Shown one piece after another: positions 7,301 through 16,700 of a DNA stretch of 30,733 bases (positions are counted from its first letter, which is position 1; every line of letters starts with the position of its first letter). Made by a program: the position numbers and the translations under genes. This stretch comes from a virus. Lineage: Duplodnaviria > Caudoviricetes. The notes under the pieces are model-generated. The model saw only the letters and a list, made by a program, of their open reading frames with translations. It was not told the DNA's origin and did no database searches. The stretch spans positions 1 through 30,733 of IMG/VR virus record IMGVR_UViG_3300032076_000035, one strand, 5' to 3'.

Positions 7301-10300
7301 CACCTACACGACCACCTGCACCTGCTGCACCTGCTGCACCTGCTCCTGCTGCTCCAGCACAGCCTGCTGGACCTGCCGGCGCTCCGGCGCAGTTGGCTCC
7401 TGGGGGCGGGTTAAATGCTAGACAGGCAGATATTGCTAATAGAATTATCAATGAAGGTCGTAGACGTGGTGCTAGTAATGATCAGATTAATGCTGCTCTT
7501 GCTATTGCAGCCGATGAAAGTAATCTCGGTGCAAATGATCAATTCAACACTAGTGGTGGTAATGCTAGCGTAGGTGGAGTTGGTGGGATATATCAGCAGG
7601 CTCCTGGCGCTGGTTGGGGCACTAAAGAACAGGTAATGGATCCTAATTACTCCATACCTAAATTCTGGGATGCTTTCTCGAAACATCCACAATATGCTAG
7701 CAATCCAATGGTTGCTGCGGTTCTTACTCAGAATCCACAAATTGGTCCCAGTCCTCAAGGAACAGAATATTGGAATGCTGTACAACGAGCTACGCAGCAA
7801 GGACCATATAGGACTGCTGCTGCCGGTGTTCCCGCTGCCGGAGGAGTTGCACCCACTGATGTAACTCAGCCTCAACCTATTGGACCAATTCCAGGAGCTG
7901 CAGTCAATCCAGCTACTCAAGCGAGATTCCCGCTTCAAGGTACCACTACATTTGCTATGGAACAAGCTCGTAAAGCAGGAACGTTTACAAATCCACCACT
8001 TTACCCGCCAGGGCTAGATACTGGTGGGTATGCTGGTCCTGGTGTTGGGAAGTTACCTCCTTGGGTAGTTCAATTTGCTGCTCGATTTGGACTTGTACCA
8101 AGTACTTATGCGGATGGTGGAACACTTCATCAATCTGGTTATGCTTTTGATTTCGCTGCTCCTGCAGGAACTGATCCTGAAGTAGCTGCTCAGCGAATGG
8201 ATGCTTTTTCAGAGTTTATCAAGACAGTTCTTCCAGGTCAAACGATGGAGCTCATCCACCAGAATGAGCGTACAGGTCAACAGTGGCGGATAGCCGGTGG
8301 TCAAGTAGTCGGACCTGGTACTCAGTATCAAAATTATTTTGATGCTGAGATGGGCGAACACGGCGATTATGGTACAGGCCCACACGTTCACTGGGCAACA
8401 GATGTTCCGCCAATACTTCCTGGGATTACTGCTCCACTTCCGGCTCCTGCGCCTCCTGCTCCACCGCAAGAAATAGCGCCAATTCCTAGATTGCCTGCTG
8501 GCCCTAGAGATAGATTATCTGGTTTACGTTTGCCTGGGGCATTAGGTGGTTGGGGACCAATTGGGATAGGTGCTGGCCTGATTGGCGCTGGTGGTCTCGG
8601 TTTGGCTCGTGCAGCTGGTGGGATGCGTACTAGATATTTACAAGCAACATACGATATGTATGATGCGCGTGCGAAGCTTGATGTTATTCGGAGTTTGTCT
8701 CCTGAAGAAATTGCACAGGCTGGTCTTACTAATCCTGATATGATCACCTTTACTGAAGGTGAACAACAAGCACTTCGCGGTCTTAACATTGATTTAAGTG
8801 GCCCACCACCTGGAGAAGTTCCCGCACCAGAAGCTGCTAGTGTAGTTGGCGATGTAGGTGCTGAAGCGGCTACTGGAAGTAGACTTCTTAGAGGACTTGG
8901 TGTTGCCGGTCGAGTTGCCGGCCCTGCTTTGACTGCTGTTGCTGCATTGCCATGGGCTTGGGGTGCTGCCCAGAATATAGCTGGTCCACGACCTGCTCGT
9001 GTTCAGGGTGTTGCAGGTATTGATGATATACTTTCTGGTAGACTGGGTGTCGGCAATATATTGACTGGTCCAATTACTGGACCATTAACTGCTGATGATA
9101 GAGCAAGACTTGCTGCACAAGGAGCTGGTCCTCCTCCTATAACTCCGACTGATTTAAGCAAGATTCCACAATCTACGATAGATTTAGCTGCACGTTCTGG
9201 TCATCCAATTCCTGGAACTACACCATCTTATGCTGCAGGCGGCGCTCCAGGTATACCAATTACGCCACAAAATCTTCCTGGTCTATTAGGATTGCCTGGG
9301 GCACCACCTTCAAATATTCCGCAGCAGCCTGCTGGGCCAAGACCACCACTTCCTGGTTATAATTTCTATAAAGATTGGTATGGTGCTGGCCAGCCATCTA
9401 CTCCTGTAACTGTTACTAATCCACAAGAATTTCCTGGTGGACAGAGAAGTCCAGGTGGACCTACGCCCCCAGCGGCAGGCCCTGGTCGTGTACCACGACC
9501 CGGTGAACCAGGATTTATTGGTCCTGTTGCAAATGCACCTGCGCAGATACAAGGCGATACACACCAAGGAACTGGCGCACCTCCTGGGCCTGCTGACTAT
9601 AAAGGTTGGTATGGTGGAACGCAGAACGCAGTAGGTAATTTTGATACTCGTTCGCCTATGCAGCAATTTACAGACTCTATGTCTGGTGTTGGTAAAATTA
9701 TTGGTGATGCATTTAAGATATTTGAAGATGTCATTGATAATATTCGTGCGGCCGCAGCAATTGGCGATACGTTAGTTCGTGGCGTTGAGAATACAGAAGA
9801 TATTGTTCATGTTATTCAAAATGTTCAGTCGTTTATAAAGACTGCTGGCGATATTGCTCAGACTGTTGGGGATACAGCTGGCGCTATTGCCCAAATGATA
9901 CCATCTACTGGTGGCGCTGACTTTGGTGGATCGGCAGCTGCTCAATCAGCATTACAAGCAGTTAGTGCTATAGCTAGTATAGTTTCAGCTGCAATTCAAG
10001 CTACGAATGAAGCTATTTCACTTGGCATCGAAGTTTATCATGAAGTTGGTAAGTACGCAGGCTTTATATTTGGCTCTGTACTTGGTGGAGCATTGGGCAC
10101 GCTTGGCGGGAATGTCAGGATGTTGCTAAATACCAGAACAGGTGAAATTTATACTTATAGCGAAGATAATCCATTAAACAAGAATACAATACGCACTCCA
10201 TTTGCTGGAGCTTATACTCAACCGCCAGCGATTCAAAATCAGAATAATCAGATGAACATATACACTGGACCTGGGCAGTCACCTATGCAAATGATGCAGA

Positions 10301-10365
10301 ATACGATGTGGATGGTTAGTACTGGTGCTCCACAAGTTGCTTCAGTAGCAGCAGGTGGTGACTAA
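4306..10365 (+). CDS. Tape measure protein (2019 aa) with putative lysozyme-like and peptidase-like domains
   Basis: Longest ORF, following the chaperones. YNLGRAHGEIEI N-terminus, coiled-coil/amphipathic helical repeats, hydrophobic ANPIGIVIVAIGLLIAGIVLL segment, W-periodic repeats, GSPAQEGPL motif, then a Pro/Gly-rich region with catalytic-like domains. Confidence 0.95.
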   Translation: MPDYNLGRAHGEIEITADTRGAQEAQAAMASTKAEAAALDAEMGKVNTQFDKNRQSSILSAEALVRQRGQVEELRKTYERYNQDYERASTRKLDTERKLQEARRREQTEGETLLRLGRDVQRSRENEQRLLLRSQEAYERYQTRLSALRLEVERFNTAHIAATTGFSNMRNEAEKAGQALEKLSDKLTGIAKVMTNIGVYGLFGTGAAGALGIMGGGGLHELTIVAGAALEVMKDFAGAMLLLPAGISAAAVSLGTLAAGFHGVAQAIGSIGDPAKFIESLRELSPAAREFVISIERFSYAIRGAREMVQESLFQPLIADIQPLVYTWLPLLMQAGQRLASEFGQSFRQVFQFLLQPETQTAFQTFTNNLVHGFQAVRGAIQPFMEMMRTLTTVGSQIFVRIGQAIAHIANEFNNWVQNAAQSGRLLQIMNQVLDDFTRLAHIIRDLGIGLSNFFDIAERTGGGFLQQLERIAATFRQWTESARGQAGILNFFNLLNQSAEEARPLIHLLGQGISIIASTLDRLGLAIQPGLVSFFTSFVEALRVLSPAVQAMAPALNEFLADFGKTLLQIVQELGPRLPQFFKDFADALSELMYWLPGVAHFIGVLFGLLSPHEIEVILGLVAAIKLLNIALGVMDVLMDANPIGIVIVAIGLLIAGIVLLVTHWDTVKQKIGEVTEKFGGLHGLIDDVKRAWDSLTNTVSNWWNILTNAISSGWDSLVGAFVDLKNKIVHWFDDIDLLQIGKNLIKSLADGILAAIPTTLKDALKAAANSIKNFWNTGSPAQEGPLHDTSPDQMGENLSTNYAYGISSGTGAVSDASSQVASGAARGLSGSAAGGAGGAPGGTGGGTYTSAGNVGISGRGQVSGFDQYIAFITSDMQAWLKIAQDGWSLFQNITKIVTDTTRVIADLWNRGDNPLTRPGELYGPPLPTGQIQVPGVPGAAIPGVPPDAWAKNLPGALPGAQQAPPGVPLVGPRGVPLGGALPAAPTPGQPGFIGPVAPTRPPAPAAPAAPAPAAPAQPAGPAGAPAQLAPGGGLNARQADIANRIINEGRRRGASNDQINAALAIAADESNLGANDQFNTSGGNASVGGVGGIYQQAPGAGWGTKEQVMDPNYSIPKFWDAFSKHPQYASNPMVAAVLTQNPQIGPSPQGTEYWNAVQRATQQGPYRTAAAGVPAAGGVAPTDVTQPQPIGPIPGAAVNPATQARFPLQGTTTFAMEQARKAGTFTNPPLYPPGLDTGGYAGPGVGKLPPWVVQFAARFGLVPSTYADGGTLHQSGYAFDFAAPAGTDPEVAAQRMDAFSEFIKTVLPGQTMELIHQNERTGQQWRIAGGQVVGPGTQYQNYFDAEMGEHGDYGTGPHVHWATDVPPILPGITAPLPAPAPPAPPQEIAPIPRLPAGPRDRLSGLRLPGALGGWGPIGIGAGLIGAGGLGLARAAGGMRTRYLQATYDMYDARAKLDVIRSLSPEEIAQAGLTNPDMITFTEGEQQALRGLNIDLSGPPPGEVPAPEAASVVGDVGAEAATGSRLLRGLGVAGRVAGPALTAVAALPWAWGAAQNIAGPRPARVQGVAGIDDILSGRLGVGNILTGPITGPLTADDRARLAAQGAGPPPITPTDLSKIPQSTIDLAARSGHPIPGTTPSYAAGGAPGIPITPQNLPGLLGLPGAPPSNIPQQPAGPRPPLPGYNFYKDWYGAGQPSTPVTVTNPQEFPGGQRSPGGPTPPAAGPGRVPRPGEPGFIGPVANAPAQIQGDTHQGTGAPPGPADYKGWYGGTQNAVGNFDTRSPMQQFTDSMSGVGKIIGDAFKIFEDVIDNIRAAAAIGDTLVRGVENTEDIVHVIQNVQSFIKTAGDIAQTVGDTAGAIAQMIPSTGGADFGGSAAAQSALQAVSAIASIVSAAIQATNEAISLGIEVYHEVGKYAGFIFGSVLGGALGTLGGNVRMLLNTRTGEIYTYSEDNPLNKNTIRTPFAGAYTQPPAIQNQNNQMNIYTGPGQSPMQMMQNTMWMVSTGAPQVASVAAGGD

Positions 10366-11918
10366 TGGCTGGTTTATCTGGTGAGTTTTTAGGTAAGACT
10401 CGATATAAAATCGGCAATCTTATATTTGGTGATAATACAAATATACCTGTGTCTAAGGCAGAAATACAGCCGTGGAATGTTAATAATCAAGACTTTCAGA
10501 TTATTCGTACAGATGAAGTTCGATTTGGCATTGATAATCTTGTTCCAGCACCTATAGTTTTTACCATGGCTGTTCTCAATAACTGGGCACTGGAAAACGT
10601 ACCTGGCGGTGGATCTGTACCAGACGGATTTTTGTACCAGGCTAGAAGTCTACTTGGACAATTAGCACATACTTGGAAAGCCACTACCGTTAGGCAAACC
10701 TGGGGATCTATGGTAAAGTTATTGTTTATAGATACTGATGGTATTACACGTCGTATTTATGGACGGCCAGGTAAGTTTCAACATGGTCCAGTTGAGAAAA
10801 ATGAATGGGTGGATGTACAGGCTGAATTTCGCCGGGCTGATACCAATGCTTATGCTGATACTGAAAAAGTAATAGAGATTGGTTACAATAACGATCCGAC
10901 TTACATTTACAGAGAAGCAGATCAAGGTGATGCTCCGGCCTGGTTTAGAGTTTTAATGTATGGACCATTGACACATCCTATTATTAGCGTAGGTAATGTT
11001 CAAATTGAACTTGGTTTAGATATAGCATCTAATACTGTATTAGAAGTCAGTAGTTATCCTTGGATGCGACGTATTGTCGATAGTAATAACGTTAACTGGC
11101 GAGCCGCATTAATTGGATCATCGCAGTATTTAGATCAACTTCAGATACCACCGCAAACAGAAATAGCTTTGCGATGGACAGATCAGTCATTAACAACATG
11201 GACGGAATTGCCTTATACACGAGTTGTAGAAAACCCAGACTTCTTGGATATGTTTTCTTGTACTAGTGATTGGCACAGCCTAGCTGGCATACCGATTTGG
11301 GGTTTTTCCCTCCAAAACGGTGGCTATATGTTTGCACCGTTCGGTATATGCGCCGTCCTGGATATACATCACAGCTATACTACACCTAGCCAATTCGCAG
11401 AAGCTACAATAGCTGATATATGGGCTGGTAGAACAACTATTGTTATATTATCCGATGATGCTATGACTAATTTTGCTGGAGTACAAGTTTTGAAAACAGT
11501 TGGTATCGGTTCAATAATTGGACAACCAACTACTAATGATAAAGTCCGAATTGTTACTGGTACCGCATATAATGCTACAACAACTCAATTTGAGTACGCA
11601 GTTCCTTCACCTGGTCTTAAGTCCAGTGATAAAGTTGGTATTGTCTATAATGCTAATGGTAATTTATTCATGGCTTATCTTAATGGCCAATACATAGGAC
11701 AATGGGCTGATACTGGCGCTATTGTTAGCCAAGCTAATAGGCGTCAAGGTTTCATTATGAATATGGATGATGCTCTTGACCATATTGATTTAGGCGTAGG
11801 TTGGAATAATCTAGTCGCATATGATGCTAGTTTTAATCCAACGGGTCCGCCAGCTGATCCAAATGATCTGTCTTCTCGTGTATTCCTATACTGGCGGGAC
11901 GCTTGGAGCATCGAATGA
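10365..11918 (+). CDS. Minor tail protein, distal tail (Dit)-like, with inserted beta-sandwich domain
   Basis: First gene after the tape measure (TAATG overlap). RRIYGRPGKF, GDAPAWFRV..YGP, VLEVSSYPWMRR and terminal WRDAW are Dit-like. About 220 extra residues lie before the final strand. Confidence 0.75.
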   Translation: MAGLSGEFLGKTRYKIGNLIFGDNTNIPVSKAEIQPWNVNNQDFQIIRTDEVRFGIDNLVPAPIVFTMAVLNNWALENVPGGGSVPDGFLYQARSLLGQLAHTWKATTVRQTWGSMVKLLFIDTDGITRRIYGRPGKFQHGPVEKNEWVDVQAEFRRADTNAYADTEKVIEIGYNNDPTYIYREADQGDAPAWFRVLMYGPLTHPIISVGNVQIELGLDIASNTVLEVSSYPWMRRIVDSNNVNWRAALIGSSQYLDQLQIPPQTEIALRWTDQSLTTWTELPYTRVVENPDFLDMFSCTSDWHSLAGIPIWGFSLQNGGYMFAPFGICAVLDIHHSYTTPSQFAEATIADIWAGRTTIVILSDDAMTNFAGVQVLKTVGIGSIIGQPTTNDKVRIVTGTAYNATTTQFEYAVPSPGLKSSDKVGIVYNANGNLFMAYLNGQYIGQWADTGAIVSQANRRQGFIMNMDDALDHIDLGVGWNNLVAYDASFNPTGPPADPNDLSSRVFLYWRDAWSIE

Positions 11919-13231
11919 CAATAAATGCAGATTTTAGTGGTAGTGGTACATTATCAGCAGATATAAAGATTGCTGGTCCTAATTCTCCAGCTATTATATA
12001 TAGTGGCGATGAAGATCGTTTTCGTTTTATTGTTGAAGAAGCTAGAACTGGTAATATTTTAACACGTGATCTAACAGTACAGAATCCTCAAGTAATGCGT
12101 GTGCTTAGTGGTCCGTGTCAAATTCAAGTTGATGTTGATTTTCGTGATACTTCAAATGCCGGTATATATTTTAAGCCATGGGCTCAATGGTTGCATGTTG
12201 AAAAAAGGATATTGGGTGAACGTGTAATATGGGCGAGTGGTATTGTACAACCGTCTGATGTCGATAAGAAAACAGGTGTGACACATTTAGTTGCCCAAGG
12301 ATTTGCCGGTTATCCAAAAAAGATGCCTTGGCTTGAAAATTGGAATCCGCTAGCTACAGATGTTTTTACGGTTGTTCATAAGATTTGGAATCATCTTCAG
12401 AGTTTTCCAAATGGTAATTTGGGTGTTACTGTTTATCCTGCTATTAGTGGAATTGAAATGTTACCAGGTTATGCTTTTGATGGTAATATTTTGAATCTAG
12501 ATTTCTTTGCTCAATTCATTCGTGCTACCGATAAAATTGATTGCGGAGATTATATCGACAAATTAGCTAGAGATATTCCATTTGACTACGTAGAGCAAAG
12601 TAGTTGGAATAGTGATCGAACAGCCATTAATAAACAAATATTTCTTGGTTATCCAAAGGCTGGAATAGAGCAGAATTGGCTTTGTTTTATCATTAATGAA
12701 AATGTCATGGAAGCCGTCCCTCATATAGAAACTCAAATTGACTGGGTAAGTGACATTACTATTGATGGATGGTTCCCAGGAACTGAATATAGTGCTAGTT
12801 TGACTAATGCTGATCCTGCTCGGTATCGACGGTCTATTTCACAGGATGATGCAAGGATTAACTCTAATGAACGAGCGGCTGCTTGGAGTAGACGTAAACT
12901 AACCCGCAGGCAGACACCTGCATTTTGGGATAGTATTGTTGTTGATATGGGTCACCCCAATGCGCCGTTCGGATTTTATGATGTTGGTGATCGTATTATG
13001 GTTCGTGGTTTGATGCCTTATATTGGTTATGTTAATCAGCAACATAAGATACTTGCTATTAAGGTTGATGAACAAAAAGGTTCATGTGAATTGACACTCA
13101 AGGCTGAAGGGGCATTCAATTACGACCCAATTTTCTATGCTGCACAGGTTAAGGGATCAACGCAAGTTAAAGTTACAAATATGCCTAATCTTCAATTTGG
13201 CGCTGATCAGCCCTCGATTGGTATAGGATAA
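11915..13231 (+). CDS. Minor tail protein, baseplate hub/Tal-like (ReqiPepy6 Gp37-like)
   Basis: ATGA overlap at 11915-11918 with GGAG SD. Motifs LSGP, WASGIV, A.GF.GYP, FDYVE.S.W, LGYP, HPNAPFG.YDVGD.I typical of actinophage hub proteins. Confidence 0.75.
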   Translation: MTINADFSGSGTLSADIKIAGPNSPAIIYSGDEDRFRFIVEEARTGNILTRDLTVQNPQVMRVLSGPCQIQVDVDFRDTSNAGIYFKPWAQWLHVEKRILGERVIWASGIVQPSDVDKKTGVTHLVAQGFAGYPKKMPWLENWNPLATDVFTVVHKIWNHLQSFPNGNLGVTVYPAISGIEMLPGYAFDGNILNLDFFAQFIRATDKIDCGDYIDKLARDIPFDYVEQSSWNSDRTAINKQIFLGYPKAGIEQNWLCFIINENVMEAVPHIETQIDWVSDITIDGWFPGTEYSASLTNADPARYRRSISQDDARINSNERAAAWSRRKLTRRQTPAFWDSIVVDMGHPNAPFGFYDVGDRIMVRGLMPYIGYVNQQHKILAIKVDEQKGSCELTLKAEGAFNYDPIFYAAQVKGSTQVKVTNMPNLQFGADQPSIGIG

Positions 13232-13728
13232 TGACAGTACAACCGCTTACAGGGCCAGAAGTACGCGATGTTAACGGTGTATTTTATCCATATGCACTAT
13301 TTATGGAATCGATGCTTGGCGGGCTGATTGACTTTGAAACTGATGTCTTTTATATGATGCTTGTTGATCCCACTTATACACCTAACCAAAATACTCATAA
13401 GTTCAAATCAGTTATAGCTGGTGAAATTAATTACAGTGGATACTCATCTGGTGGATTACAAATGGCTATCACTACTATAAGTTATACTATGTCTACTAAG
13501 ACGATGACCATTAATGCGAGTAATTTACAATGGCCTCTTGTTAATTTCCCAGCTCCTGGAGCCAGATATGGTATTGTATATGATAGTTTCACTAAGGATG
13601 GTTCTGGTTCTGATGGCGCTAAACCGCTAATTGGATATGTTGATTTTATTGGTCCTCAAATAATTACAGATCAAGCTTTTCACGTTAACTGGCCGGCTAC
13701 TGGAATGATGACTTTGAAGTTGCCATAA
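13231..13728 (+). CDS. Minor tail protein
   Basis: IDFETDVFYMMLV..TYTPNQNTH...EI..GYSSGG...ARYGIVYD...PLIGYVDF...F.VNW..G is a recurrent phage tail/baseplate protein pattern; coupled by TAATG overlaps. Confidence 0.7.
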   Translation: MTVQPLTGPEVRDVNGVFYPYALFMESMLGGLIDFETDVFYMMLVDPTYTPNQNTHKFKSVIAGEINYSGYSSGGLQMAITTISYTMSTKTMTINASNLQWPLVNFPAPGARYGIVYDSFTKDGSGSDGAKPLIGYVDFIGPQIITDQAFHVNWPATGMMTLKLP

Positions 13729-16700
13729 TGAGTCTTGATGCCGCCTTCGGTTTTCAGTCGCAAACTACTAAAGCTCTTGCGGCGATTGATAGTACGAAAT
13801 ATCCAGATACTAATAAAGATTTTCAAGCAAATCTAATTCGACTTAATCAATTCGTTGATTACATTGCTTCATATCTTCAGACGATGCAGAAAGGTATTGA
13901 TAAGAATAATCAAGATCCAATCGCTCAAATACAAGGTGTGGCAAGTGATCTTGTTGTTCTTCTGGGTGGGGGTGAGCTTCTTTATGGCATTGACCTGGGT
14001 GATCTTCAATATTTTCTTCCTGCTATCGGTGCTCTTTTAGGCTTTGATACTACAACGCCTTTCCCAATTAACCTATTTAACGCAGCTGAACATTTCCTTC
14101 TTGGTTATGTTGTACCTCTTGATTCTTTCGCTACTGTTATTGAAGGTATTATCGATGGTTGGGCGGTAGCTCTAGGCATCGATCAATCGTGGATCGACGC
14201 TATTAATGAATTGCTAGATGCGTTTGGTGGTCTATATACTAGTGCTTCAGACTTACTTACATCAGTTGAAAGCCTGTTCAATATCATTGGGACAGACTTC
14301 CCATTTATAGGCAACATGTGGCATTTGATTACTACATTGCTTGGTGGGTTTAGTCTAGATGAATTGGGGAGTATTCTCGATCCTGCTTTTAAAGCTGCGG
14401 CTCCGTGGATCGAAACTTTGGCCGAAGCAGTTGAATGGTTAAATCAGATCATAGAATCATTTGCCGGTGGAGTAACTGATGTTCAAGGTATTTTAAACTT
14501 TTCATCATTATTTAGTACAATTAACTTCTTGCCAGCTGGTGGTTTTCACCCAATCCCCGCGTTAACTAGTTGGATTCAAGGTTCACTTAAGCCAACTAAT
14601 CTATTGGCTATGTTGAGCACAGATCTTACTGGTGGATCTGGTCTAGGTTTAACTGGTGTTGTTCCACTTGAGAATATAGCAGTAGATGCTATCGGTGCTA
14701 TTATTGGTGGGGCACAATTAGTTATTGATGCGATTCTATCTACTGTAGGATTCCCAACTGGTAGCGGTACGCCTACAGACGTAACACATTACTTTACTGA
14801 CTTGCTTAGCATGCTCGGTAATCCTAACTTAACTAATGCTGCCTTTAGCGCAGTTACAGCCGTGACTAATTTCATTAATAATATGTTGGCGCCGACTAAT
14901 TTGCTACCAATTATGAATCCAGTCACTAAGCTGATTAGTTCACTTAACATACCAGGCTTAGATGCCAGTAAAATTACTAGCGGTCAATTCCCGCAGTCAA
15001 TGGTAAATATTACATCTATTGCTGCTAGTATTGTTACTGGCGTTCTAAATGTCGCGCAAATACCAGGTCTTGATGCGTCGAAGATAACTTCTGGTCAATT
15101 TGCGCAGAGTATGGTTAATCTGACTAACATACCGGCCAGCATTGTTTCTGGAGTGCTCGGAGCGGGACAAATTCCTGGTTTAGATGCTAGTAAAATTGTT
15201 AGCGGTATTTTAGGTGTAGGACAGATTCCTAATTTGCCGGCTAGCATTATAACTTCTGGTACTTTCCCTGCTGCCCAGATTCCAGGGCTAGATGCCAGTA
15301 AGATCATCACTGGCCAGTTTGCGCAGTCAATGGTTAACATTACTAATATTCCGGCTAGCATAGTTTCTGGAATATTAGGTGCTGCGCAGATACCTGGCCT
15401 AGATGCATCAAAGATTACAACTGGGCAGTTTGCTCAGTCTATGGTCAATATCACTAGTATCGCGGCTAGCATAGTTACTGGAGTCCTTGGGGCAGCACAG
15501 ATTCCAGGCTTGGATGCTAGCAAGATTATAACTGGACAATTCGCTCAATCAATGGTTACGAATCTTGTAACCGACTTGGGCAATCGGGTACTAACATCAA
15601 CATACAACACATTGCTGAACCAATTATATGGCGGCACAACAGTTCTCGGTTCCATTCTTGCCGGTAACGTGCCTGCTCTGGATGCCTCCAAGATTACCAC
15701 AGGTATTCTCGGAGTGCCTCAGATTCCAAATCTGCCTGCTAGCATCATAACTAGTGGATCGTTCCCTGCTAGCGTGATCCCAGGCTTAGATGCCAGCAAG
15801 ATTACATCAGGCGTCTTTACCGTCCCGCTCATCCCACCGTTAGACGCTAGTCAGATTCAATCTGGCATCTTCGGCCAGTGGGTGCTTCCTAATATCTCGG
15901 TCGGTTCGATTGGGCAGACCACACCCAATCTACTGGCCAACCCGAACTACGCGAGCGCCGTGTCTGTGGTGTCTAACCCGGACTGGGTATGGGTGTCCTC
16001 GCCGGATCACACAGGGGACGGCTCCGGTTCGGTCAGATGCATCGCCAACGGCAATGAGCACGATCTACTCTCCGACCCGCCCACACCTGTCGCACCCAGC
16101 CAAACACTGAGCCTATCGCATTGGCTGCAATGGTCCGGTGTCACCGGGTCGGGTGCCTGCTTCCAGCTTTCGGTCCTCGCCTACAACGGCGCGTCGTTAG
16201 TGAGCAGCACCCCGCTGCAGACTGTTTCCGGCCCGGCGGCGTCAGGCGGATGGACACAGCTGGCGGGCACTTATACCGTGCCATCGTCGGGTGTGACGCA
16301 TGTCCGCCTTGAGCTTCAGGTCCTTGTCGGGGCCACTACGGGTACCACCTACTGGGATGACGGCTCCATCACCAAAACCCAGCTGCTTCAACAGAACTGG
16401 ATGACAGGTACTGGTGGGACACTGCTGTCGCAGCTGAATACCATGGTGACCAACATCAGTGCCGCCGCTTTGCAGACCGATGTGATGAGTCTGGTTAACA
16501 ATCTGGGTCTGGGCAGCTTCGCCTCTGTGAGCGCGGCCCTGTCAACGATAACCAGTCGCCTGCAAGGACTTCCGGCCAGCGGTATCCTACAAGCCAACTT
16601 CTTGCAGGTCCTGGACGCCACCAAGATCACCACGGGCGTATTGGGTACCGCGCAGATTCCGCTCATCACAGCGGCTATGGCTCCGACCCACGCCGTCATG

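Noticed and set aside
7411-9666. Antisense ORFs within the tape measure gene (7411-7965, 8388-8789, 9310-9666)
   Set aside because: Shadow frames of Pro/Gly/Ala-rich coding sequence; no SD and no recognisable domains.
14949-15880. Repeat array as a CRISPR or DGR template/variable repeat pair
   Set aside because: Repeats are in-frame and differ at synonymous positions rather than specifically at adenines; there are no unique spacers and no reverse transcriptase or cas gene in the window.
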